From the NCBI GenBank assembly GCA_010405405.1, contig MU004238.1, positions 1,747,530-1,811,529 of the forward strand: a stretch of 64,000 nucleotides of DNA, in the 5' to 3' direction. The notes beneath the pieces are model-generated. The model made no database searches. It saw only the letters and a list, made by a program, of their open reading frames with translations, and was not told where the DNA came from. Both the position numbers and the translations under genes were made by a program. Of the stretch, positions 46,301 to 60,300 are shown piece after piece. The stretch's first letter is position 1. Each line of letters starts with the position of its first letter. The stretch is from Microthyrium microscopicum. Lineage: Eukaryota.

Positions 46301-48138
46301 ATGGGTGATGCCTCACTTTGGGGCTACTATTTCAAGTCTATCAGCACTTCGAATCTCGTCGGAATTGTCATCGTGCTGATTCTGTCTAATCTGGCATCCG
46401 CCTTTCCACGTATTTGCTCATTCATACCCGCTATTACAGGTTGTAGTGAACACTAACATTGCGTAGAAATATGGCTCAAGGTCGCCACTGGGGCCTCGCC
46501 ACCCTCAACTGGTGTGTTTATTGGAGTATTTGGTCTCATAGCTATCATCAACTGGAATTGCAACTGGGGAAGACTCGCTCAAATCCTCATCAGTATCGCT
46601 CCCGTGTCGGCAGCAAGACTACACGAGGTTCTAGTAAAGGCAACTTTCAATGCGCCAATGTCTTTCTTCGAGTCGACAGACACTTCATTACTGATCAACC
46701 GATTCAGCCAAGACATGTCTATAGTTGAGCTGGGACTTCCAGTCTCTATCTACCAGCTCTTCATGGGTAAGTTATCATGTCGATCATTCATAACTTTAGC
46801 TGACAAGAATAGCTATATCTCGTTGTCTTATAGATGTAGCACTGCTAAGTGTTGGATCATCCTTCATGGGCATAACCATTCCATTTGTCGTTGTCATTTG
46901 CGTCTACCTTCTGAAGTATTACCTTCGTACTTCCAGGCAAATGCGTCTATTGTCTCTAGAAGCGAAAAGTCCAATATACCAACATTTGACGGAAACACTT
47001 GAAGGTCTAGCGACTATTCGAGCCTTTGGATGGCAAGCTCCTTTCAACGCAGAGGCAGAGAAACGTATCGAAGTGTCACAGAGGGTGGTTTATCTCTTCA
47101 TGTGCATCCAGATGTGGCTTGGCACTGTCCTTGATCTTCTCAGCAGCTCGTTGGCGGTCATTCTGGTCGCTTTGGCATTGTGTATTCCATCATCCTCGGA
47201 TCCGGGTTTGGTTGGTATTGGAATGACGACGTCCATGTTGTTGGCCAACGCAATCAACCGTGTCATCCAATCCTGGGCCGGAGCGGAGACTGCACTAGGT
47301 GCCATTTCGAGAACAAGATCATTTGAGGAGGAGACGCCAAATGAGAACCTTGAGGACAAGCGCGAACCAGAATTGGCTTGGCCTCAGGGAAACTTGACCG
47401 TGTCTCAGCTCACGGTCACTTATGACTCTGGCACTTCGGCTCTCAAGAGCGTCGACATTGATATCGAGCAGGGCCAAAAGGTAGGGATTTGTGGACGCAC
47501 TGGAAGGTGAGTAAATCTTGAAAGATGGGAAGACCTGTTGACTGACTGTTCCAAGTGGCAAAAGTACTTTCATGTCAGTACTACTCCGACTAATGGACGC
47601 CACCGCCGGTGAGGTAAAAATCGACAACGTCGATATCAACTCGCTTTCCCGAAATTCCGTTCGCGAACGCCTCATCTGTCTTCCTCAAGATCCCCTCCTA
47701 CTCCCCGGCACATTCGAATTCAACCTCAACCCAGAAGGTAAAATCAAAGACCGCGAGCAGATTGAACAAGCACTCCGCCAAGTACAAGTTTGGAAACTCG
47801 TTGAAGAGAAAGGTGGCCTCGATGCCGAACTTCAGCTAGAGTCACTTTCGCATGGCGAGCAGCAACTATTCGCTTTAGCCAGAGCAATTCTCAAGAAACA
47901 ATCCATCAATGGCCAATGTATTCTGGTCCTCGATGAGGCAACTAGCAACTTGGATGCCGAGATGGAGAAGATTGTGCAGAATGTTCTCGAGGAGGAATTC
48001 CGGAGCTGCACGGTTATTGCTGTTGCGCATAGACTGGAGTCACTGCGAGACTATGACAAGATTGTTGTACTTGACAAGGGCATAGTGTCAAGAGTTGGTC
48101 CAGCTGCGGAAGTCATTGCCGAATTGAACTCCGCATAA
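43342..48138 (+). CDS. ABCC (MRP-like) full-size ABC transporter, multi-exon
   Basis: TMD0 start DFTLTFEQSI. NBD1 GPVGSGKST, VSGGQKHRI, ILDD. NRFSQDM. NBD2 ICGRTG-SGKST, LSHGEQQL, LDEATS, VAHRL. About ten GT-AG introns. Confidence 0.95.
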
Positions 48139-48636
48139 GATTTACGAATAATACAAAAGATGCCTGCGGCTTTTGGTTGCAGTACGAGGAGAGGTGTAGC
48201 CAACCAGGTCCGCCAATGCCACACAACATATTCTAAATTTCTTTCTGACTCATGAAAATATCTTTGTCTTTATTCTAGACCTACCTAGTCCATTCGAGAA
48301 CATATTTCCTGTCAAGATCTCAGACTTCTGCCTGGCCGTGCCGCTGCCAAGAATTTTTGACCCTTCGAGATCTGGCCTTGAGAACAATTCCACGTCACTC
48401 GTAACAAAGCCAAGTCCTGCTTATATACCTACTTGAACGATCGAATATTTGAGGGATTTTGTCTCGAGCATTTGGCCCCTTATGTCATTCCTCCTTCCAG
48501 ATTCCCTCAGATCGCCAGTTCCCTCGATCATACACTAGCAGATACTGACCACCCCTGCGAAGGGTTAGTAGATACTAGGAACCAGTACTATCCAGACACG
48601 ACTGGATCAATTAGTATTCGCAATCACGACACAACC

Positions 48637-50001
48637 ATGCGTCTCACAAATCTCATATTGATTGTCTCGCTCTTTACTACTCAAATTCTGGCCGCTGCCC
48701 AATGGAAACCAGGAGACTCATGTCCAGACACAATTCGGACCCTAGTTCCCGGATATGCAGATCACCATGGGGAGGAACAAGAAGATAGACGCAGCTTTCA
48801 TACCATGACATCCGTACACGAGGCCTTACTTCAGTGTCCCAATATCACATCACTAGATCTACGCGTCACTCTTCTTGGATGCAGCAATTGGCCCGACCGG
48901 TTCAACTTCCCTTTATCCCTCTCTGGTGGAGAAAAGTACGCGAACCTGACGCAGGTCAAGCTCGAGGGCTACGATTTCGCGGAGAGCGTATGGGAGAAGG
49001 TGCAGTATAAGAATAACCCGAGCTACCATACCAGTAGGTGGTGGCCAGAGAAGCTCTTATATTGGTTGCAGTCAGGGAAGGCACAACAATATCTTGGGTA
49101 TAGAAAACTGGATGCAGGGCAAAGAAACAAGACAAACTTGGAGCTATGGGCCGATGCCATGGACTGGGAAAGAGTTGAAACGCTGGCGTTGAAGGATTGT
49201 CGCGGACAGGAACACTTTATGGAAATCATGGCGCCGCGGCTGCGAAGTTTGAAGAACTTGGAAATAGAGGATGGGTGGAGTAATCTTGGAAACACTACAG
49301 TGCCTTTCATCCAAGCCCTTGAGCCAGATACCCTACACAATCTGGCATGGAGAGAGGGACGGAAAGCCGACGTCCTTGACCTAATCCTACGGCGTCACGG
49401 AAACTCTCTTCGTAGCCTTGAAATCCGCAATGGAGAAGGCCCTCGGAGCTCGACTAAGGCTTTCAATTCAGCGCAGTTACAACATCTCGTTCGTTCGGCA
49501 CCCAAGCTGGAACATCTGAGCATTAATGTGCACCGGAACGTTTCGTGGCCGTACGATGTCTTTGATACGATCGCAGAGATGAAGGAGCTGATTACTCTGG
49601 ACCTGTGGTTTGACATACTCTCCGATTGCCAGCGGCAGAAGCCCGAAATGTATACCAGGCAATATATCGAATGGGAGCGGGAGATGGAGAACAAAACATT
49701 CAAATGCAGTGGCGAAGAACGGTATCAGAAACCACTTGTGGATGATATCTCGGCGCTGGGAATATTCAAACATATACGCCAGAAGAATACAAGTGGAACA
49801 GTACAAAAGGTGGTGTTTTGGGTAGGGGATTGGAGTCGATCGTGGGATGGACCGCTCTATTCTGAATCCTTTCTGGAAGGACGGAGAGCTAGGGTTGTGT
49901 GTACACCGACAGACAAGAGTGAAGGCGAGGCTTGGTGTGTGGTTGAGGAAGGGGAAGCATATTGGGACTCTGGTAGGAGGACTGAGTATTGGATGGATTG
50001 A
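48637..50001 (+). CDS. Secreted hypothetical protein with RNI/LRR-like repeats
   Basis: ATG 48637 (accATG) starts the signal peptide MRLTNLILIVSLFTTQILAA. Units ITSLDLR, LKNLEIE, LRSLEIR, LEHLSIN, LITLDLW. Confidence 0.75.
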   Translation: MRLTNLILIVSLFTTQILAAAQWKPGDSCPDTIRTLVPGYADHHGEEQEDRRSFHTMTSVHEALLQCPNITSLDLRVTLLGCSNWPDRFNFPLSLSGGEKYANLTQVKLEGYDFAESVWEKVQYKNNPSYHTSRWWPEKLLYWLQSGKAQQYLGYRKLDAGQRNKTNLELWADAMDWERVETLALKDCRGQEHFMEIMAPRLRSLKNLEIEDGWSNLGNTTVPFIQALEPDTLHNLAWREGRKADVLDLILRRHGNSLRSLEIRNGEGPRSSTKAFNSAQLQHLVRSAPKLEHLSINVHRNVSWPYDVFDTIAEMKELITLDLWFDILSDCQRQKPEMYTRQYIEWEREMENKTFKCSGEERYQKPLVDDISALGIFKHIRQKNTSGTVQKVVFWVGDWSRSWDGPLYSESFLEGRRARVVCTPTDKSEGEAWCVVEEGEAYWDSGRRTEYWMD

Positions 50002-50539
50002 GCTTATTCTCCAACTGGCAATTTCTGCGAACACCGCGCCAATAGTGTAACTAAGGTAAGATGCTCTGCCCCTAGAGTAGGAAATATGGAATGCTCTACT
50101 AAGCTCGAGCACAGAAACAGACTTCATCAGGTCAATAATTGCGCGAACCAGCAGCGCCCGCGATGGGTTCCATGAGATGATGAGATCTCTTGTCACCATC
50201 CATTTTCCAACTCTTCCTGCTCGCTCGCTTGCTGCCTCGAGTTGAAAGCAAGTTTGAGTAGTAGTAATAGCGCTGTCTGCAACTCTGGCCAGGCTGAACA
50301 CGACGACGCCCCATGCACTTCGCCTGCGCCCTGAATTTAGTTGCATACCTAGGTATGCCTGAATGCTCTCAACACTTAATCACTCCTTCTCCCCAATGGA
50401 ATTTTCAGGACCATTTCCCTTCCTATACCGAATTACTGAAACACAATTGGTCAGCCTCTTCAATTTCTTCCTGCCCACTATCTCGCCGCCTCGGGGCCCG
50501 TTTCCAAGCACTTACAGCTTGCATATCCATCTTCCAATC

Positions 50540-52144
50540 ATGGCCTTCAACGACTTCCTCAGCACCCAGGAGGAGCTTCGCTATTTCCTGTCAGATGAGC
50601 AGCCTGACCAGGCAGATCTGACCGACTCGCTTCAGGTCACCGAATCTGGGTGAGTAAAAAAAAAGAACCACGCTAACTTTGGGGCGTCCGTCTCTAGGAC
50701 AATCAGACAATGTTCCCAGTTTGATTCCAGCCTTTGGGCAGAATCTTTTCAGGCAACCTCTATCTTGCCTTGCCACGGCACACTACCTGGCCCTTCGCAG
50801 TTGGATGCATTTTTTGAGGCACCTCCCGAGCTTAATCCCCAGGGACCAATTCCTGCTCAGTATTTCGAAGCCACGGAAACCACGGCCACCTGCAGTCAGA
50901 CCATTGGAGGGCAAAGCAACATCTGCAATAATATCTACCCATATGTCGAGTGTCAGTCATATAATGTTCCTGTTGTAGTACCGCTAGTTCATCTAGCACA
51001 ATGGTCGTCTGTTCCAGAAAGCTATAACAGCGAAGCGGACTCAGTCTACATGCAAACCAAGACCACGGTCCCTAAAGCTGAACAAATTGCAGATGAAATG
51101 CTCAGTCATGACAGGAGTCAAGACAGTGCTATCCCAAAGACCGCGCTCGTAAATCATGGTCGCACCTTGAGGTCTCAGTCCGAGGCAAGGAGGTCATTCG
51201 CTTGCAATGCTCCAAGTTGTCAAAGCGAGGCATTCACTCGTCAATCGGACTTGAATCGACATATGCGCCTGCATCAAAAGGAAACACCTTTCTTGTGTCC
51301 TGTTATTGGCTGTACCAACAGATCCAGATGCTCCAGGAAAGACAAGGTCAGGGAGCATTTACGTCGCCATGGTGAAAGTGCCTTGCTGAGATGCCCAGTG
51401 CCTGGTTGTCTACCGGTCCCATTAGAGATGCAGCTTCTTCTCAGACATCTAAACACCCATACAAGCAGCCAGCGAGATTTCATTCGCCGAAACACATATC
51501 CAGAGCTCTATATGGAGCGACCGGCGACCTACTATCGTGGCTTCAGAAGCATCATTCACGACGTTGGCCGGAAACGCATCTGTCCAATCAGCCCGTGCTA
51601 CAAAGGCTTTGACAACCTGAACGAGTTATGCAAACACCTCGTAGATGACCATGACGAGCGATCAAGAGCTGCTCAAAGTAGCAACGTGTGCGACATGCTC
51701 ATGGATTCTCACTCATGCAACTTCATATGCCCTTTCTGTTACGAAGGCATCGATTGCTATTCGACTCCATCCCGAAGCAATCTGGTGCTGGATCATATGC
51801 TTCCTCATCTAGTCGACATGCCTCATTGGAAGGCACTATGCCAGATGATCGAACCAGGATTTGACTCGGATGCCCCATTCTCCGTTTACAATCTCTTGTC
51901 TCGAATTCCACACATGAAAAGAAAATGCCCAGAGTGCTCTTTCACCGTTGACACCTGGAGTATGGACGCTATGCAAATATTGCGAGACCACCGGGAAGTT
52001 TTCTTGGACACCCCAGCCATCCGACAACACCGTGCGGGGCTTCTTCGAATGTTCCCATGGCTGGACAAGCATCCTATGTTCGATGACCTTATTGTTCAGC
52101 CAAGCAATGTTCCGGCTTGGAGCTTGGCCACTTCGTCCGGATAG
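50540..52144 (+). CDS. C2H2 zinc-finger protein, 2 exons
   Basis: CNAPSCQSEAFTRQSDLNRHMRLH, CPVIGC...KDKVREHLRRH and further CxxxxC/H fingers. Intron 50650-50697 joins ATG 50540 in frame. Confidence 0.85.
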
Positions 52145-52594
52145 GAAGTTAATGGTAGCCAACCAGGCTGATACAGCTTTATGGAGCCTATCGTAGTCAG
52201 TCCTTTTCAAATGTTACTTTCACCAAGAAGAGAATCGTTTCAAGCATTTATCACCACAATGCCGACCACAATGCCAATTTTGAACAAATTGAGCAGGATG
52301 ATCAGAGTCCTTACTTTCTTACCCTTCAATCTTTTCACGGCCCTTTGCTATTCAATGTTTTTACCTAGTCTTGTTGGCTGTACTTTGTGGCTGTCGTGCT
52401 GGGCGATGTCCGGTTTCAATTATTTCTTATTTGAACACAGTCGTCGAACAGGTAGAGTAATCACTCATTCATCATAATGGAGCTAGAATTCCTTCCTTTT
52501 TCATAACTCAGAATCAAATATCTTTCTGTTCATTTTGATTCTATCTGCCTAGCTCTTGATGAAGAAAAAAATGGCCCACTGCTCCCCGCTACTA

Positions 52595-54642
<2,048 letters not shown>

Positions 54643-55225
54643 CTCTGAAACTTCACTGGGATCAAAAACGAGGAAAAAGAACGACAAAGAACGACAGAGA
54701 CGGATTTTGAAGAAATGGTAAGAATAATTTGAAATAACCTACAATTGAGCCTCAATCATATAGCAAAACTATGACACCGGCCGACACTAGACCGATAATA
54801 TTCAAGAGCGCTTATTGTCTATACTAATTAAAGACAGATTATGTTTAGCTGGCTAGTAGATGCAGATAGCGGAGCATTTGGGTTTAGACCTACTTAACAT
54901 ATATTGCTATTTGAATTATGAAACAACCCTTTCTCGGTTTTATGCGAGCCTTGAATTGCTGATAGCTAACTTCACGCGCTCAGACCTTTCGAGCGTCAGC
55001 TAAGTTTTTAAATGGTAATGAGTTACTGTTGTATAATAGCTCTTATTGAATGCGTGAGATGCTCGACTCCCTATCGAAAGTGCTGGGAATGAGAGCATCT
55101 TTTTCTGGGAAGCTGTCAGACCTATCCAACATACCACCTGTCGGTTTGATGCATGAGATTAGTCCAAGCTACAGCCAGAACAGAACCATGGAGACCAAAG
55201 TAGCTGGTCAAACTCCTTTCTGCCT

Positions 55226-56610
55226 TCAAGCGCCCCAGCGATGAGTCTCATCACCTTCTTCCCAGTTCTTTTCCACATAGCCAAGCCGTTTCTTGACTTC
55301 CGCTACTTTGGCTTCATCACCCGTGTTCTTGCCGATATTGTCACTGATCTTGATGGCCGGCTTTCCACTCGCGGACCCGAGTTTAATCACAATGTTCAAT
55401 GGGACGGACTTTTTGCCGTCCGAGAGGTTGTGGAAGTCATCTGTATCTCGTTAGTAAAGAGACCGGAATATATCAGCTCTAGGAGAGAAAACTTACTGGT
55501 CAAAAATGTCCCCACGCCAAATGAAGAGATGAACCCAGCCTCTTCGCATACTTTCTTATACTCCAAGCATTTCTCCACATCAAGCGAGTCAGAGAACACC
55601 ATCGTCTTTCCCTCGATGCCCAAGTCCTTATAGAAGGACTCCATAGTCTTGACGAAATCTTTCGGATCACCAGAGTCCTGTCGCACACCCGTGAACTCCG
55701 AGGCATATGATATCTCAGGCACAGCAGCATCCACAGGCTTTTTGAAGCCTTCCAGAAATGCCCGCGTGCCAAAAGTATCCGTCAACGCAATCGAGAGCGT
55801 CTTCGTGCCGAATGTCCCCACCCAGTTCCGTAACGCGATCTCATTCGCATTCTCGTAGTCGTCTGTGATTGCCGCAACGCCCATGAACCATTCGTGTGCT
55901 ACAGTGCCAATAGGTAGGAGACCAAAACGCATGGCGAAATGTACATTGCTTGTACCGCTCAGTTTGCCTTTCCAGCCTTTCTCTTTGCCCTCCTTTGCGG
56001 CATCAAGCAGTCCGTGGATAACGAGTTCTTGTGCCTTGTAAGAACGCCGTCTGCGTGATCCAAATTCGCTGAACACACAGCCCGCTTGTATCAACTGTCT
56101 TCCCTTCTCACACGCATTCTCCACCTGATTATCGTAGTTCCAATCTTTATCAACGAACTTGAAATAAGCCTCCGAAATGAGCGCCAGCAACGGAATCTCA
56201 TACAAAATCGTCTCTATCCATTTGCCCCTCACTTTGATATGTATCGCGCCCACATCGCGATCAGCCTCTGGATCTTGGTGGAATGTGAGCTCGACCTGGC
56301 TGTCAGGCTGCAGACGCAGCTTGCCCAGGTAAGCGATATAGGCTTCGGGGAGATAGGGACATGTTTTGTGTAGCCAGTCGAGCTCTTCTTTGGTGACGAA
56401 GAGGTTGGCGAGCTTGTCGATCTGTGCTTGCAGCCAGTCGACGGCCTTGCGGTTGAACTTTTTGTGCGGGGTGCGGTTGGTGAAGTTGTAGGTGACGTCG
56501 ATGGTGGGATAGTATTTGAGGATGCAGCATTGCATGGTTAGCTTGTAGAGGTCGGTGTCGAGGATGGAATAGACGCCTTCTGGCGTCTCTTCTGGCGGTG
56601 GTGAGGCCAT
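55226..56610 (-). CDS. NPT1: Nicotinate phosphoribosyltransferase, 2 exons
   Basis: [65 protein letters not shown]. Last exon ...PLNIVIKL...GDETHRWGA*. Confidence 0.96.
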
Positions 56611-57345
56611 GATTTCACTTTGGAGCGCGGCTTTGTTGGAGGTACTACGCGTTTGAGTTGTTATGTGGTGGGAATGAGGGTTGTCTGACCGAAGAAGGGG
56701 TAGTGTGATTGTTGGAGCCGTGGAGGGACATTTAGTACTAATAGATGGAATAGATGTTTTGAGGGATAGAGGACTGGAAGTACAGAATAGGTGGTGCGAC
56801 GAGAGGTACAGTAGACTCTTTGACAAAGCTTCAACCATTTCCGTGCTTCTTGGCTGGTTCCTTCTCGGAAGTTAGGCAATTTTTTGAGCCAATTGGCAAT
56901 TGTCATGCCTACAGCTCACTTCAGCCTTATGGCTCAAATTAGCTTTTTGTGCAAAACATCCGCAGCTAGCCCTTTTTTCGAGATAGACTCGTTCTATATG
57001 TTACTAGTGAACGCAATAGGTATTTCTTCTTCAAATCTAAGGTTATGAATCTGATGATTTCATCTCATCAAGATCTTAGATTCCATGATCCATCCCACGT
57101 TTTGGCGGGGTGTGAGAGCTTGAAAGCAAGGGTATGCCTGCTGCGGCCGCTAACTTAGATCGATCTAGCATTACAGCCTGACTCTGAGCCTTGAGGCCTT
57201 GAATTTGAGATCCCCGCAAGCTTGGACCATGCGCAAGCTCAACTCTGAAAAAAAAATGTTGACTTGAAATTCTCCAAGCACCGCAAATATGGCCTGCTAA
57301 TTCCACACCTCTCAAGCTCGAAAAATCGCCTGTTATTGCTCCAAA

Positions 57346-60300
57346 ATGAAGCGCAAGGCTGAAACGAGCGCAGCTCCCTCGACTACCCCAAAGCCTTCTG
57401 CCACAGCTCGCCCTAGCAAACGTCCAAAGAGTTCCACATCCGACTCTCAAACCAATGGCGCTGCTCCAAAGCCGGCCAAATCCTCAGCCATTCCATTAGA
57501 AGAGAAATCATTTCCTCGTGGCGGCGCAAATGTCCTTACGCCTCTGGAACTCAAGCAAGTGCAAAATGAAGCCACTCGAGACGTTCTTTTCGAAAATACA
57601 AGCACAAAACGAAAAGCTGGCTCCGAGTCTGGCGAGGACGAAGCTGAGACCAAGACGGCCAAAGTGAAGAAGGGCCATAAGAACAACAAGAAGAAAAGAA
57701 AAGATGGAACGCATACTAATGGGGAAAGCGTCGTGGAAAAGCAACACCCTGCAGAAGGCTTGAGTTACAAGCGCCTCGTGCCCGGAAGCCTTGTTCTAGG
57801 ACGGATATCTAACATAACCTCCAAAGACCTTGCCATATCGCTTCCAAATAACCTGACTGGCTATGTGCCTCTCACCGAAATATCTGACCAGCTCAATCAA
57901 CGCGTCGAGAAACTCCTCGCTGAAGATAATGATGATGTGGATTCAGAAGATTTTCAAGATGTCGATATCAAGAAAATGTTCACAGTGGGCCAGTTCCTTC
58001 GAGTGCATGTTACTGCGAATGGCCTGGAGAGTGCAAACGCTGGCAAAAAGCGAATCGACCTCTCTATCAATCCTCGACTCGCAAACCAAGGCATCTCCAA
58101 TGCGGAAATAGTGTCCAATGCCATGGTGCAGGCATCCGTCAAGAGCATAGAAGACCATGGGCTTGTTATGGATTTGGGACTGGGCGATAAATCTCGAGCT
58201 TTTTTGTCCTCTAAGGAGCTCGGAGATATCTCAGTATCAGCTATTCAAGAGGGCTGTGTTTATCTATGCATGGTACTGAAAAAGAAACATGATGGTCGCA
58301 TCATCAATCTTACTCTGGATTCTCAAAAGCTCGGAGATATCAAGAAGCACTACATAGAGAGTACTCCGTCCGTCAAATCCTTTTTGCCTGGAACAGCTAC
58401 TGAAATTCTCGTGACGGATGTCTCAGAGAACGGATTACATGGGAAAATAATGGGAATGCTGGATGTCACCGTGGACTACATACACTCTGGCCTTGAGCCT
58501 GAAAAGACTATCGATGAGCGCTTCACTATAGGCTCAAAAGTAAAAGCTCGCGTTTTGTTCAAGCTAGCGGACGACGATAAACAATTTCTCGGGGCAACAC
58601 TTCTTCCGGAATTACATCAGTGGGGCTCCATTGAATCCGATACCAAGAGCACCAAGCCTCCCGAACTCGAACTTTCTAGCATTGTTGAGAAAGCGAAAGT
58701 TGTCAAAGTGCAGTCAAAGCTTGGATTATTTCTGAAGCTTGGCGACGATATTCTTGGTTTCGCCCATATCTCCAGAATTAGTGAGAAGAAGATTGAGACT
58801 TTGACTGCGGACTCTGGGCCTTACAAGATCGGATCGAAACATCAGGCAAGAGTGCTGGCCTATAACCAGATTGATCAACTACACATCGTATCCCTGGAAC
58901 AAAAGATCATCGATCAGCCATTCCTTCGTGTCGAAGATGTGAAGGTTGGCCAAGTACTCAACGGAACCGTCGAAAGAATCATTCACAATGCCCAAGGTGT
59001 TGGCGGTGTTTTGGTAAACCTCGCTGAGGGGCTCTCTGGTCTCGTCCCCGAGGACCATATGGCTGATGCTCAATTACAACATCCAGAGCGGAAGTTTAAA
59101 GAGGGTGTCACGGTAAAAGTTCGAGTTCTGGCCACGGATTCGGAAAAACACCTGATTCGTCTTACGCTGAAGAAATCTTTGGTCAATTCTGACGTAGAGC
59201 CATGGACCACATTCGAACAGATCCACATTGGCGATCAAAGTCCTGGCACTATCATCAATATCACACCCACTGGTGCTGTCGTCAAATTTTATGGACCTGT
59301 TCGTGCCTTTCTGCCTGTTGGAGAGATGAGCGAGGCTTATATCCAGAATCCTCGTGAGCACTTTAGAGTTGGTCAAGTAGTCAATGTCCGCGTTCTTTCA
59401 ATAGATGCCGCTGAACAAAAAATGATTGTTTCCTGCAAAGGTCCAAGTTCATTAGGCGACGAAGAACTAAAGGCATTCAACAAACTCACAATCGGAGGAC
59501 TTACCAAAGGCACCATCACTGAGCTTGGAACCGATACTGTTACTTTGGAACTCAAGCATTCTATCAAGGCACTTCTCAATTTGTCACATCTTACAGACGG
59601 CTCATTAAGGAAAAGCACCTCGGCTTTGAAAAAGCTTCGAGTCGGCCAGACGCTCAATGACTTGCTAGTTCTGGATAAGCTTTCCAAACGTCACATGGCG
59701 ATCGTCTCAAATAAGCCGACTTTGATCAAAGCTGCTGAAGAAAAGAAACTCTGTACAACGTTTGAAGAGTTTCAAGAAGGTGCAGAGTACACAGGCTTCG
59801 TTCGAAATATCACTGAGAAAGACATCTTCGTCGAGTTTGCTGGCGGTATCGTTGGGCTCTTACCTTCTCATCTTCTTGATGCAGAGCATCGACTGATGCC
59901 ACAATTCGGATATGAAGTCGCTCAAACCATTACGGCCCGTGTTCAAGGTCTTGACTCACAAAAGCAACATGTTCTTTTGACTACTAAAGCCCCGGAAGAG
60001 CTGACAAATAGCTCATCGAAAGGGGCAACGACGGGAGCTCTTGTCAATCCCGTTGACAAGAGCCTCACTTCGACGACAGAGCTGACCAAGGGCAAGAAGA
60101 CCATGGCTCGTGTCATTGGTGTAAAGCTATTTCAACTCAACGTGGAGCTGGCTGATAAAGTCCATGCTCGCATTGATGCTTCTGAAGCATTCGATAGCTT
60201 TGACCAGATCAAGACTGTGAACCATCCCCTGTCTATCTTCGAACGACAGCAGATCATCCCCGTCCGGGTCATGGGAGAACGCGATACGAAGTCACACAGC

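Noticed and set aside
48433..48636. N-terminal 68 codons of the 522-aa ORF
   Set aside because: Begins at TTG. The signal peptide and good context start at ATG 48637.
49477..50346. 289-aa minus-strand ORF
   Set aside because: Mostly antisense to the secreted LRR-like gene, with no recognisable motif.
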